Assembly: GCA_017647405.1 (NCBI GenBank)
Contig: JAGCKR010000019.1
Location: 1,913 to 65,912 of the forward strand
Direction: 5' to 3'
Source of the DNA: Alphaproteobacteria bacterium
Lineage (GTDB): Bacteria; Pseudomonadota; Alphaproteobacteria; CAAHEQ01; UBA3637
DNA length: 64,000 bases
Each line of letters starts with the position of its first letter. Position 1 is the first letter of the stretch. The notes below the pieces were generated by a model. It did not search any database. It was not told the origin of the DNA and was given only the letters and a program-made list of their open reading frames with translations. Shown piece after piece: positions 26,854-36,581 of the stretch. The translations under genes were made by a program, and so were the position numbers.

Positions 26854-28038
26854 ATGCAGGCACAGGTTTTTCTTTATTTTGCCGGAGCGATTGGCATTAT
26901 TTTAACACTTTTAATTTTCACACTTTGCTTAAAGTTTTTTTCAAGCAATAAAAAAAATATATCCTTGAGTACTGAAATTGAACGATTAGAACGAATATCA
27001 AGAGAAGATGCAAAAGCGCTTCGTCAAGAGCTTGCTCAATCATTATTACAATTCAATGATTCCATTCGCCAATCCGTTGAAATGCAACTAACAAAAATGA
27101 CAACTGAAAACTCTTTAAAATTAGATCAGATGCGTGAAACGGTAGATGAAAAACTGCATGTCACACTTGAAAAACGTTTAGGTGAATCTTTTTCCCAAGT
27201 TTCAGAACGTTTGGAAAAAGTCCACCAGGGATTAGGTGAAATGCAATTACTTGCATCAGATGTCGGTGGGCTAAAACGTGTTCTTACAAATGTTAAAACA
27301 AGGGGAACATGGGGAGAAGTACAATTAGGTTCGTTACTTGAACAAATGCTTTCTCCTGATCAATTTGTTAAAAATGCACATATTCAAGAAGGATCTGCGG
27401 AAGTTGTTGAATTTGCTGTAAAATTACCTGACGGTGATGTTCTTATTCCCATTGATTCAAAATTTCCTATCGAAGATTATGAACGATTGATTGAAGCCTC
27501 AGACAAAGGTGATGCTACGCAAATTGACTTTGCCTCAAATGAACTTGAAAAACGCATTAAATTAGAAGCTAAACGCATTTCAAGTAAATATATTTATCCA
27601 CCTAAAACAACCGATTTTGCCATTATGTTTTTGCCAACAGAAGGGCTTTATGCTGAAGTCATGAAAAAACCCGGACTTTCAAGTGAAATTCAATCAAAAT
27701 ATCGCATTTCTATTGCTGGACCATCTACCTTAGGTGCTTTTTTAAATTCCCTTCAAATGGGATTTAGATCTTTTGCCATTCAAAAACGTTCAGGCGAAGT
27801 TTGGAAAACATTAAGTGAAGTGAAAACAGAATTTGAAAAATACCTTTCTTGGATTGAAAAGGTTAAACGCAATTTGGAACAAGCTTATAAAACCATTGAT
27901 GAAGCAGATACCAGAACAAGAGCTGTTGCAAGAAAACTGCGTGGTATAACGGAAAACACTAATTCTGAAATTGATGGTGGCGAACTCAATATCCAAAGCC
28001 TCCCTCAAAGTCTTATCGAAACTCAAGAAGCTTCTTAA
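26854..28038 (+). CDS. rmuC: DNA recombination protein RmuC.
   Basis: 394 aa with an N-terminal TM segment and a long coiled coil. The conserved RmuC C-terminal region is present (DFAIMFLPTEGLYAEV, IAGPSTLGAFLNSLQMGF). Confidence 0.8.
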   Translation: MQAQVFLYFAGAIGIILTLLIFTLCLKFFSSNKKNISLSTEIERLERISREDAKALRQELAQSLLQFNDSIRQSVEMQLTKMTTENSLKLDQMRETVDEKLHVTLEKRLGESFSQVSERLEKVHQGLGEMQLLASDVGGLKRVLTNVKTRGTWGEVQLGSLLEQMLSPDQFVKNAHIQEGSAEVVEFAVKLPDGDVLIPIDSKFPIEDYERLIEASDKGDATQIDFASNELEKRIKLEAKRISSKYIYPPKTTDFAIMFLPTEGLYAEVMKKPGLSSEIQSKYRISIAGPSTLGAFLNSLQMGFRSFAIQKRSGEVWKTLSEVKTEFEKYLSWIEKVKRNLEQAYKTIDEADTRTRAVARKLRGITENTNSEIDGGELNIQSLPQSLIETQEAS

Positions 28039-28092
28039 AAAAAATATCTTTTAATTTTCTCTTAAAGTTATAAGTTAAGAGAAAATTATAAT
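28039..28092. repeat. Copy 2 of the roughly 50-nt conserved 3'-end motif; contains a 9-bp hairpin.
   Basis: AAAAAAATATCTTTTAATTTTCTCTTAAAGTTATAAGTTAAGAGAAAATTAT. The hairpin is TTCTCTTAA/TTAAGAGAA. This copy matches the motif after polA at about 85% identity. Confidence 0.5.
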
Positions 28093-28106
28093 CTATTGAT
28101 ATAATT

Positions 28107-28137
28107 AAAAAAAAGCAATCAAATGATTGCTTTTTTT
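28107..28137. terminator. Bidirectional terminator hairpin.
   Basis: AAAAAAAGCAATCaaatGATTGCTTTTTTT. Stem flanked by an A-run and a T-run, between the convergent rmuC and autotransporter genes. Confidence 0.65.
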
Positions 28138-28325
28138 ACTGTTTAAAACATCCATTCAGAGTTCATTTAATAAAAAGACTTTAAAAGAGAAAGATTCTAG
28201 GATAGGAATAATATCTACAAAGTTTAGATATGGTCAGATAAATATAAAGTCATCCTCTATCTTAAAATTACAGTTTAAAACTTTTTATAACCGCCCTTTC
28301 CGAAATGATTCCTATAAGTAAATAA

Positions 28326-28371
28326 CTAAAGGCGACTTAACATCTACTTAAAGATGAGAAATCGCCTTTAG
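28326..28371 (-). terminator. Terminator-like hairpin immediately 3' of the giant autotransporter gene.
   Basis: CTAAAGGCGA ... TCGCCTTTAG is a perfect 10-bp stem with a loop of about 26 nt. The right arm overlaps the autotransporter stop at 28379..28381. Confidence 0.5.
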
Positions 28372-28378
28372 ATACTGG

Positions 28379-31300
28379 TTAGAAACGCATTTCAAGTTTA
28401 AGCATTCCAGAGTGATCCTGATACTCTTTTCTGAATGTACCAGAATATTCAAGTTTCAAACTTGTTCGGTCAGATAATTCGGCTTCAAGACCGGTTGTAA
28501 CCGTTGAGCTCAAGCGATCCAAAGCTTCACCTTTAACAGTGTAACTCGCCCCATTAGAAAGTGTGTTGGTAACTGACATATCATCTGTAATAATATCATA
28601 ACCAAACATCACTCCTGCCATTGGGCGAACTTTAAATCCTTTAACCGTTTTCATTGGTGCATCTATATCTAATCCCAACATAACCGTCATATAGTCAGAT
28701 GATAAATTATCAACTGTTGTACCAAGTGAATCAGTATATGCTTCTTGATTCAAGCGCATATAACTTAATCCAAATTTCGGTGTCAACACAAGATTTTTAT
28801 ACGTATAATCATAACCCAATATACCTTGAAGACCTAACACATCAACATTGTAATTGGCACTTGCGCTCGTTGAAAGAATATATTTATCTTCTTCATACTG
28901 ACCACGCATATAACTTGCAATTCCATCAACAAACCAATTTGATGGTTGATATTTCAAATAAATAAAACCAGCATTGTTTTGAGCAATCGTTTCTCTGAAT
29001 GTTTGTTTCACATCGGCATGAGAATAAGAATAACCGGCACCAAGAATCAATGAATCCGTCACCTGTGTTTGAAGAGCCAAAATGCCTCCTGTTCCATTAA
29101 TCTTATAATTCCCATTTGATGAATTTTTTGTATGGGAATAAAAAGCTTTTCCCCAAACAACAGATCTTGGTGCTTCATCACCACCTGCTCTGCCAGTTTT
29201 TGCATTCATTGCTTTAACCGATTGTGTTTGAACAGCATTTGAAATTGAATTAAAATGTTCAAAACTAACTGTTTGAATAATCGGTTTTATATCACCACCA
29301 ACAGCATTCACTGACTCTACAGCCTTTTGTTTTGCCTCTTTATTATCCGATTGCAGATAATCAATCAACTCTGCTTGCATTTTGTTAAATTCCTGATTTT
29401 CAGAAGTGCCTTTATGCAAAGCAAGAATAGCCTTTGTTTCGTTTTCATCAGATCCAAAGGTTGAAGCTACCTCATTTGAATTTGTTGAAATAAAAGAATA
29501 ACGTCCATCCTTCATATCCAAAATTTGGTAATCATCGCCGTTATAATTGACTTGAGGCAATGACATAATCTCATTCATATAGAAGATTTGATATAAACCA
29601 GCTTCGAAATTATCTCCTAAATTTAAATCAAGAACAGCGGCAGCAGCTGAATTTATTTGCTGTCCTTTAACAACGGCATGTTCAGATAAGCCGTTTAACG
29701 TAACAGAAATCGTTGAACCTTCTCCTAAAGACAATTGGTTCAATGTCATTTGAACTGTTCCCAAATCAAATTGAGAGTTTGAAGAAACTTCAAAATCAGC
29801 CACAGAAATCTCTTGAACACTGTCACCTAAAATCATGTTATGACTTACCAAACTATTTTCAGTTTTAAAGGAAGATGACACATTCAAAATGGAATCATTC
29901 ATATAAAGCGTTCCATTACCATCTAACGGTTGTGTCAGTGATAAAACACTTCCCTCTTCAACGGTCATATCAGCATTATTGGTTACATTTCCAGTTAAAG
30001 AAACATCTCCTTTCACTTGAAGGGATGCTCCTAATTTATTTTCAATTGTTGCCTCTGTTTGCATATCAACAAGAGTCAACTCTTTTTCATTTGAAATTAA
30101 TCCTTGAGCCGAAACGTTTGTTAATGTTAGTTTTCCTTTATTTGAAACAGATTCGGTGACAGTTGTTTGGGTTAAAACCGCTTCCCCAAGTGAGTTGTTA
30201 TTAAGCGTGTTAATCACCATTTTTTCTGCTGTTAATACGTTATCATTATTCACAATATCTGCTTCTGAATCATCATTTAAAAAGGCAGTTCCACTATTAT
30301 TCAATGTTTGAACGGTTGAATAAGAATTAAAACTCACCTGACCCAAAGTATTATTCATTGTTTGAACTTCAGTCAAAGATGAAGCATCCGTTCCGCTAAA
30401 TAATGCTGTAGCATTTGCATTTTTATTTTCAACAGAAGAAACCATTCCACCTATCATTTGCAATTGAGCATTATTATTCACTGTTTTTAAAGAACTTTCG
30501 CCATTCACCATTAACGTTCCATCATTTGAAATTGAACCGCCAGTTCCTGTTATTTGAACATTTGTTAATGTTAACTGTGATGCATTTTCAATTGCTTTAT
30601 CTGCCGAATTATTAATTATAACATTATTAAAAATTGTTTCTCCTGATCCTAAAGCTGTTTTTAAAACAGATCCAGCATTTTTAATTGTCAAATCCTGAAC
30701 TGTTAATTTAGTTAAACTTGATTGAACATCAAACAAATCGTAACCAACCGCATTAATAACACTTTGAGTAGCATCTGTTGATTTACCATAAATATTCTTT
30801 GCTCCCTCACCTGTTTTGCCTAACCCAGCACCAACAGTATATTCAACAACTCCTGAGGTATTTCCAGAAGCTACATCCATATAAAAAGCACTGTTGCCAT
30901 TATATTGGTTGATATGAGACAATGTTTTATCATCAGTCAATCCAACAGCTTTAAATTTAACAGATTGAAGCAATGAATCTGTTTCATTTTCAACAAGTTG
31001 TGTCACATAAGAATAAGCATTTGTCTGGGCGATATAAGAAGCTAAATCCGTTGAAGGAATATTATCAAACTCCGCTTCCCCACTCAAAACTTGAACAGTA
31101 TACTCTTTATTTAAACCACTATCTGCTACCTTACTATCAACAACAAGATTAAAATGAATCCCTGTTATTTTAAAACTATCATCAGTCGCGTTAACAACAG
31201 TTAATTTATCAGATTTGGCAACAATACCAGAACCCGTTGCATCCACTGTTAAACCTAAATCAAATTTACCAATTGCTGAACCAGAAGCATTTTGAATGCT

Positions 31301-34300
31301 AACATTGTTATATCGGTTTTGATTTTCTTGCAATGAAATCGTTGAATTATTAACGAATGTATATGTTTCACCTTCATAAGAAGAACCAGTTAATTTAACT
31401 GTTCCATTGTTAATACGAACCATATCATTCGCGTTATTATTTACATCTCCCCCCATATCTGCCATGGCATAGTTACCACGAACAAATTCAATGGTAGCAT
31501 TCCCATTTTCTGCGCTGGATATAACCAATTTATTGGCATTTTGTTGTTGCGTTCCACTTGCCGTATGACGAATAATTCCATTTGATGTTGCCGTTGCACC
31601 ATATCCCAATGTAGCTCCAGAAGTTTCCAACGTTCCACCTTTAATTATATTATTAGAAGAACCCCCTTGGAAAAAATCTTCACTTGAAGCAATGGTTGTT
31701 CCAGCTGTCTGAATAAACTGACCAGAAAAAGTGTTATTCTTTGCACTTGTTCCCTTAATTAAATTCAATTTACCAACATTGTTAATTATACCTGTTCCAG
31801 TAACTCCATTCAATTGAACTGTTTCAGAACCTTGAATATTTAACACATCTGAAACTGTTGTAACCCCTGATACAACAAGTTCATCACCAGCCACATTTGA
31901 AAGTAATGTCACCTCACCAGAAATAATATTTAATGTTTTTTGAATATCCGTTCCATTTAATGAGGCTAAACTATTTGATCCTGCATTATTTTCAAATGAT
32001 TCAATTGATCCACCTGTAACAGTCAATTCACCTGAATTAACAACACTTTTCATCGACACATTATTCGTTGCTGTCAATGAACCGCTATTTGAAACGCTAT
32101 CAAAAGTCACACCATCAGCTTTAACAACACCTGCATTTGTTGTGTTACCAGAAATAATTACCTTATCTGACGCATTTGCTTTCAAATCAACTGTTCCACC
32201 ATTAACGGTTAATGTATTCAAATCTGTTCCGTTTAATGTGGCTAAACTGTTTGATCCTGCATTATTTTCTAATGTTTCAATTGATCCACCTGTAACCAAT
32301 AATGAAGAATTATTTCTTACACCTAACAAAGAGCTGTTATTCGATATTAAACGTCCTGTATTAACAATTTCACCTTTTGTGCCTGTTACAGAAACATTTG
32401 TTAAAGAAAGTGTTGCTCCATTTTGAATGACAATATTATTATCATCACCAGAATTATTGATTATCACATTATTAAATTCAGCATTTCCTGATCCTTGTTC
32501 ACTAGACAAAACCAAACCAGCATTTTCAATTTTCAAATCCTTAACCAACAGAGTTGTTGTTTGATTTTCACCACTTGTATCTTGAACAAGATTAAACATA
32601 TTATATGTATTTGCATTAATAATGCTTACCGGTGTTGTTGATGAATCAGTTGGAGCCTCCCCAGATATTATCTTTTGACCATATCCTGTTACACCTAAAT
32701 CACCATTCTCCATTACATACGTTTGCGAAGAGGAAGGAATAAAAGAACTATTCCCGTCAAAAACATTTACTGCATACAGATCATCACTTGCCCGAATGAT
32801 GTTCTTCAAAATAATTGATTGCCCATTATCAGACAAATCTATATTATATTGAAATCCATTTGTAAAGGCAAAATCAGGGGCAGAAATAAACTGTGCATTG
32901 CCTTTTAATACATCTATTTGATATGTTCCACCATCAGCAAAAAGTCCCAAATCAAAACCATAATTAATTAATTCAGGATTTAATGTAAATGTATATGATG
33001 TATCAGATGTTAATGTATCAGATAAGAAACTAATTGTTCCATTATTTTCTTGCATCAGGACATTAAAAGCAAAAACAGCCCCACTACCAGACATATTTTG
33101 AAATTTAATGTCTTCGATAGCATTTTCATCTGTTCTAGCCTCAACAATCGAATTAGCATCAAACTGATATGTTTCACCCAAATAACTGGTTCCATAATCA
33201 CTTCTTCCTTTAACCTGCACCGTAGCATTTTGAAAGCTGATTATATCTTCACTTGTTCCAGTACCCATATCTGAAAACATTTGGTAATTGCCATTAACAA
33301 ACGTTATACTGGCAGATGATGAAGCATCACTATCCCCATATAATTCAAGCGCATTGGCGTTTACAATATTGTATCCTGTATTGGTTTCAACTGCCGTATG
33401 CGTCAAAGAACCATTTTTTGAAACAGCAGCATAATAATTTAATTTTTCACCTTTTGTGACTAATTGTCCACCATAAATGTTGTTTGTGCCTTTAAAAAAT
33501 TGAGTACTATTAGCATAAGTTGTTCCATTATATTGATTAAATGTTCCAGTATATCCGGCGTTGTTTGAATGAGACACGCCAAGTAATGCCGTTTGCGTTA
33601 AATTTGCGTTAAAATAGTCTTTTGAAGACAAGAATAATGAACCTGCTGAATATTTGTTTATTATTCCACTTCCAGATATTCCACCTTCAGTTATCAATTC
33701 ATCAGCTGTTGTTTGAACTGCTGTTGATTCAGCATCTCCAAAATTTAAAACAACATTACCTCCTGACATATAGATATCATTTTTTTGTCCATTAGCCATA
33801 TTTCCAGAAAATGAAACACCACCTTTAAATGAAATGACACCAGAGGCATTTGAAATTGCCCCTCCATTTCCCGTTGCCGTGTTTCCAACAAAAGAAACTG
33901 AATTTAAAAATGTGATAACTGCTCCAGAATTGGCTTCAATAGCGCCGCCACCACCATTTGTTGCTTTATTATTTTCAAAAATGGTTTGCCCGGCATTAAA
34001 ATCAATCAATCCTTTTGTATAAATCGCACCACCATACAACGCCTGATTTCCAGAAAACTTTGTGTATCCATTTGTAATCTCTTGATCATTAACTGTAACA
34101 GTGCTACCAGTAAATGTTGTTTGCGATTCTCTTGCTGCATGCAACGCACCACCCCATTTTGACGCCTGGTTGTTTAAAAACTCAGCATTGTTCACAGTTG
34201 CTGTTCCTTGGTTATAAATCGCACCACCGCCCATATCTAAACCCGTTGCTTTTGAAATATTTTCAGAAAAAGAAGCATTGGTTAAAAACATTTTTCCACT

Positions 34301-35872
34301 TGTATTGTTAATAGCGCCACCATTTCCTGTTGCCGTATTTCCAACAAAAGAAACCGAGTTTAAAAAATTAAGAACAGCAGTTCCATTCACTTCAATGGCG
34401 CCGCCACCACCATTTGTTGCTTTATTATTTTCAAAAATGGTTTGCCCGGCATTAAAATTAATCGAACCTTTTGTATAAATCGCACCACCATATAGGGCCT
34501 GATTTCCAGAAAACTTTGTATATCCCCCTTCAATCGTTTGATCATTAACTGTAACAGAGCTACCAGTAAACGTTGTTTGCGATTCTCTTGCTGCATGCAA
34601 TGCCCCACCCCATTTTGACGCCAGGTTGTTTAAAAACTCAGCATTGTTCACAGTTGCAGTTCCTTGGTTATAAATCGCACCACCGCCCATATCTGAACCA
34701 GTTGCTTTTGAAATATTCCCAGAAAAAAGGCTTGTTCCAGTTACATTTAAAACACCACTACTCGTATTATAAATAGCACCACCGCTCCCTGTTACTTGGT
34801 TGCCAGCGCCAGCATCAGACTTATCACCAAACGACACATTATTAAAATTAAGAATACCTTCATTATAAACAGCACCACCTTTTTGAGTGATAACCTTTAA
34901 AACAGGTGTTGCATCCGCCGTATAATAATAACCGTTTCCAATAAAAGAAACATCATTCAAAAAATCAATAACCGCTCCTTGAGCATTATAAACAGCGCCA
35001 CCATTTCCTGTTACTCTTTTACCACGGGTCACATTCTCAGCGACACTACCAAAAGAGACTTTTGAATCAAACTTAATTGTTCCCGTATTATAAATGGCCC
35101 CACCATTTGTTGCATCTTTCTCACTTGTTGAGGTTGAAAGAAAAACAACCCCTTTTTTTTCTGTTGTTGCATCATTAAAAATCATACCATAAGAGGATAC
35201 AACGCCATTTTGAACAACACCACCTGCATTATAAATCGTTCCACCATTATCTGATGCGGTATTGCTGCTGAAACTTGCGATATTCATAAAATTCATCGCT
35301 CCAACATTATAAATCGCGCCACCATTTGTTGCTTTATTTGTGGAACTTTCATCTTTTGTTCCAAATTGTGATGCATCTTTAAATGTTAAATTTCCAGTAT
35401 TATAAATCGCCCCACCGTTATTTGCTTGATTTGCCTGGAAAAGACCTTGATAAATTTGCAAGCTCCCTGCATTATAAATTGCGCCACCATCTCCTAAAAC
35501 AATTGAATCCCTAAAATTTGTTACTTCAGAATTCAAAATTGAAACATCACCTGAAACAATGTTTAAAATACCGCCATTTCCATCAACTGTTGAAGGTATC
35601 CGGGGACCAAAATATAAAATAGAACTTCCCTCAATTAAATAGGTGGCAGCATTATTTAAAGTAACTCTATTCCCATTTGACAACGCTTCTAATAGAGCAG
35701 TTGAATCAACAGGATTTTCAATCGTTGCTGCCGAAGCATGCACAGGACACATAACCGCCAAAGCAATAGCATTTAAATAAGCACATTTTAACAAAACATC
35801 TTTATATCTTTTTTTAAGTTCTTTAAGCGCTGTTTTAGATAAATTTTGCATAAAATGTCTCCCTAAAAACAA
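28379..35872 (-). CDS. Giant autotransporter (type Va). A polymorphic-membrane-protein (Pmp)-like passenger carries GGAI and FxxN repeats, and the C-terminus is a beta-barrel translocator.
   Basis: 2497 aa with an N-terminal signal peptide (MQNLSKTALKELKKRYKDVLLKCAYLNAIALAVMCPVHASA). The passenger contains dozens of GGAIYN/GGAV and F(S/L)xN motifs. The C-terminal roughly 280 aa have alternating beta strands and end in a terminal aromatic (...LKLEMRF). This part is homologous to the C-terminus of the second autotransporter at 45247..48054. Confidence 0.85.
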   Translation of the reverse strand: MFLGRHFMQNLSKTALKELKKRYKDVLLKCAYLNAIALAVMCPVHASAATIENPVDSTALLEALSNGNRVTLNNAATYLIEGSSILYFGPRIPSTVDGNGGILNIVSGDVSILNSEVTNFRDSIVLGDGGAIYNAGSLQIYQGLFQANQANNGGAIYNTGNLTFKDASQFGTKDESSTNKATNGGAIYNVGAMNFMNIASFSSNTASDNGGTIYNAGGVVQNGVVSSYGMIFNDATTEKKGVVFLSTSTSEKDATNGGAIYNTGTIKFDSKVSFGSVAENVTRGKRVTGNGGAVYNAQGAVIDFLNDVSFIGNGYYYTADATPVLKVITQKGGAVYNEGILNFNNVSFGDKSDAGAGNQVTGSGGAIYNTSSGVLNVTGTSLFSGNISKATGSDMGGGAIYNQGTATVNNAEFLNNLASKWGGALHAARESQTTFTGSSVTVNDQTIEGGYTKFSGNQALYGGAIYTKGSINFNAGQTIFENNKATNGGGGAIEVNGTAVLNFLNSVSFVGNTATGNGGAINNTSGKMFLTNASFSENISKATGLDMGGGAIYNQGTATVNNAEFLNNQASKWGGALHAARESQTTFTGSTVTVNDQEITNGYTKFSGNQALYGGAIYTKGLIDFNAGQTIFENNKATNGGGGAIEANSGAVITFLNSVSFVGNTATGNGGAISNASGVISFKGGVSFSGNMANGQKNDIYMSGGNVVLNFGDAESTAVQTTADELITEGGISGSGIINKYSAGSLFLSSKDYFNANLTQTALLGVSHSNNAGYTGTFNQYNGTTYANSTQFFKGTNNIYGGQLVTKGEKLNYYAAVSKNGSLTHTAVETNTGYNIVNANALELYGDSDASSSASITFVNGNYQMFSDMGTGTSEDIISFQNATVQVKGRSDYGTSYLGETYQFDANSIVEARTDENAIEDIKFQNMSGSGAVFAFNVLMQENNGTISFLSDTLTSDTSYTFTLNPELINYGFDLGLFADGGTYQIDVLKGNAQFISAPDFAFTNGFQYNIDLSDNGQSIILKNIIRASDDLYAVNVFDGNSSFIPSSSQTYVMENGDLGVTGYGQKIISGEAPTDSSTTPVSIINANTYNMFNLVQDTSGENQTTTLLVKDLKIENAGLVLSSEQGSGNAEFNNVIINNSGDDNNIVIQNGATLSLTNVSVTGTKGEIVNTGRLISNNSSLLGVRNNSSLLVTGGSIETLENNAGSNSLATLNGTDLNTLTVNGGTVDLKANASDKVIISGNTTNAGVVKADGVTFDSVSNSGSLTATNNVSMKSVVNSGELTVTGGSIESFENNAGSNSLASLNGTDIQKTLNIISGEVTLLSNVAGDELVVSGVTTVSDVLNIQGSETVQLNGVTGTGIINNVGKLNLIKGTSAKNNTFSGQFIQTAGTTIASSEDFFQGGSSNNIIKGGTLETSGATLGYGATATSNGIIRHTASGTQQQNANKLVISSAENGNATIEFVRGNYAMADMGGDVNNNANDMVRINNGTVKLTGSSYEGETYTFVNNSTISLQENQNRYNNVSIQNASGSAIGKFDLGLTVDATGSGIVAKSDKLTVVNATDDSFKITGIHFNLVVDSKVADSGLNKEYTVQVLSGEAEFDNIPSTDLASYIAQTNAYSYVTQLVENETDSLLQSVKFKAVGLTDDKTLSHINQYNGNSAFYMDVASGNTSGVVEYTVGAGLGKTGEGAKNIYGKSTDATQSVINAVGYDLFDVQSSLTKLTVQDLTIKNAGSVLKTALGSGETIFNNVIINNSADKAIENASQLTLTNVQITGTGGSISNDGTLMVNGESSLKTVNNNAQLQMIGGMVSSVENKNANATALFSGTDASSLTEVQTMNNTLGQVSFNSYSTVQTLNNSGTAFLNDDSEADIVNNDNVLTAEKMVINTLNNNSLGEAVLTQTTVTESVSNKGKLTLTNVSAQGLISNEKELTLVDMQTEATIENKLGASLQVKGDVSLTGNVTNNADMTVEEGSVLSLTQPLDGNGTLYMNDSILNVSSSFKTENSLVSHNMILGDSVQEISVADFEVSSNSQFDLGTVQMTLNQLSLGEGSTISVTLNGLSEHAVVKGQQINSAAAAVLDLNLGDNFEAGLYQIFYMNEIMSLPQVNYNGDDYQILDMKDGRYSFISTNSNEVASTFGSDENETKAILALHKGTSENQEFNKMQAELIDYLQSDNKEAKQKAVESVNAVGGDIKPIIQTVSFEHFNSISNAVQTQSVKAMNAKTGRAGGDEAPRSVVWGKAFYSHTKNSSNGNYKINGTGGILALQTQVTDSLILGAGYSYSHADVKQTFRETIAQNNAGFIYLKYQPSNWFVDGIASYMRGQYEEDKYILSTSASANYNVDVLGLQGILGYDYTYKNLVLTPKFGLSYMRLNQEAYTDSLGTTVDNLSSDYMTVMLGLDIDAPMKTVKGFKVRPMAGVMFGYDIITDDMSVTNTLSNGASYTVKGEALDRLSSTVTTGLEAELSDRTSLKLEYSGTFRKEYQDHSGMLKLEMRF
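33810..34720. repeat. Tandem duplication of about 456 bp (2 copies) inside the autotransporter passenger.
   Basis: It encodes two consecutive copies of about 152 aa, each starting ISKATG(S/L)DMGGGAIYNQGTATVNNAEFLNN and running to VSFVGNTATGNGGAI(N/S)N, with about 90% protein identity. The antisense ORFs 33834..34022 and 34278..34478 give near-identical translations, which confirms the DNA-level repeat. Confidence 0.8.
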
Positions 35873-36187
35873 AAAATTTCAATATGCAATATCCTTTTAT
35901 CAATGAATTAAATGTAAAAAAAACAGTTATTTTTACACAAGCTCACCTATTCATACTTTCATTATATCATAAATTTTAAAATTTTAAACTAAAATTTCAA
36001 AAAAAAACGTCTAATTTTTTAATATTTTCCTTCTACTTACTGATTTAAAAGATTATTTTTATTAAAATTTTATATAAAAAGAAATAAACAATAAAAAATT
36101 TTCTCCCCTTGCAGAAAGAATTTTTCTTAGAAAAAAGTTTTTAAGTAAACTAAAACATCATCTGATTTTAAAACTTTTTTTCATATT

Positions 36188-36403
36188 TCAATCAGGCCTT
36201 ACAACAACATGAACCTCTATCTTTTTTTCATTCATCATCCGCTTGACTTTTCTTATAAATAAAACTATTTCTTCCATAACCAATTCTTTACGTCGGTCAC
36301 CTAAAATAAAATTTGGATCTTCCGACGCTTGGTCATTCATTATAATTTCTTCAATCAACGGAATATTATCATCATTTATATAATACTTTTTATTTAAATT
36401 CAT
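36188..36403 (-). CDS. Small hypothetical protein.
   Basis: A 71-aa ORF with a GGAG 8 nt upstream of the ATG. No recognised family. Confidence 0.3.
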   Translation of the reverse strand: MNLNKKYYINDDNIPLIEEIIMNDQASEDPNFILGDRRKELVMEEIVLFIRKVKRMMNEKKIEVHVVVRPD

Positions 36404-36530
36404 TTCTAAACTCCATTATAACATTTACAACTTGTGGTTGTATTTATAAAAACAGTTTTAACTAATAAACTTAAAGTTGTCAAGCATTATTTTACAACCT
36501 GAAGTTTTTATTACAAATAAATTCAAATAT

Positions 36531-36572
36531 AAAAAAAATCCTCCCAAAAACTTTTCAGGAGGATTTTTTTTG
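36531..36572. terminator. Bidirectional rho-independent terminator downstream of the MFS gene.
   Basis: AAAAAAAATCCTCCcaaaaacttttcaGGAGGATTTTTTTT, a 7-bp stem. Confidence 0.7.
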
Positions 36573-36581
36573 ATATCAACG

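Noticed and set aside
28699-34776. Numerous 60-95-aa plus-strand ORFs inside the giant autotransporter gene (for example 29875..30159, 32142..32426, 33834..34022, 34278..34478).
   Set aside because: They are antisense to a continuous 7.5-kb ORF with clear autotransporter features. They have no RBS and their peptides are low-complexity. They are useful only as evidence of the DNA-level duplication.
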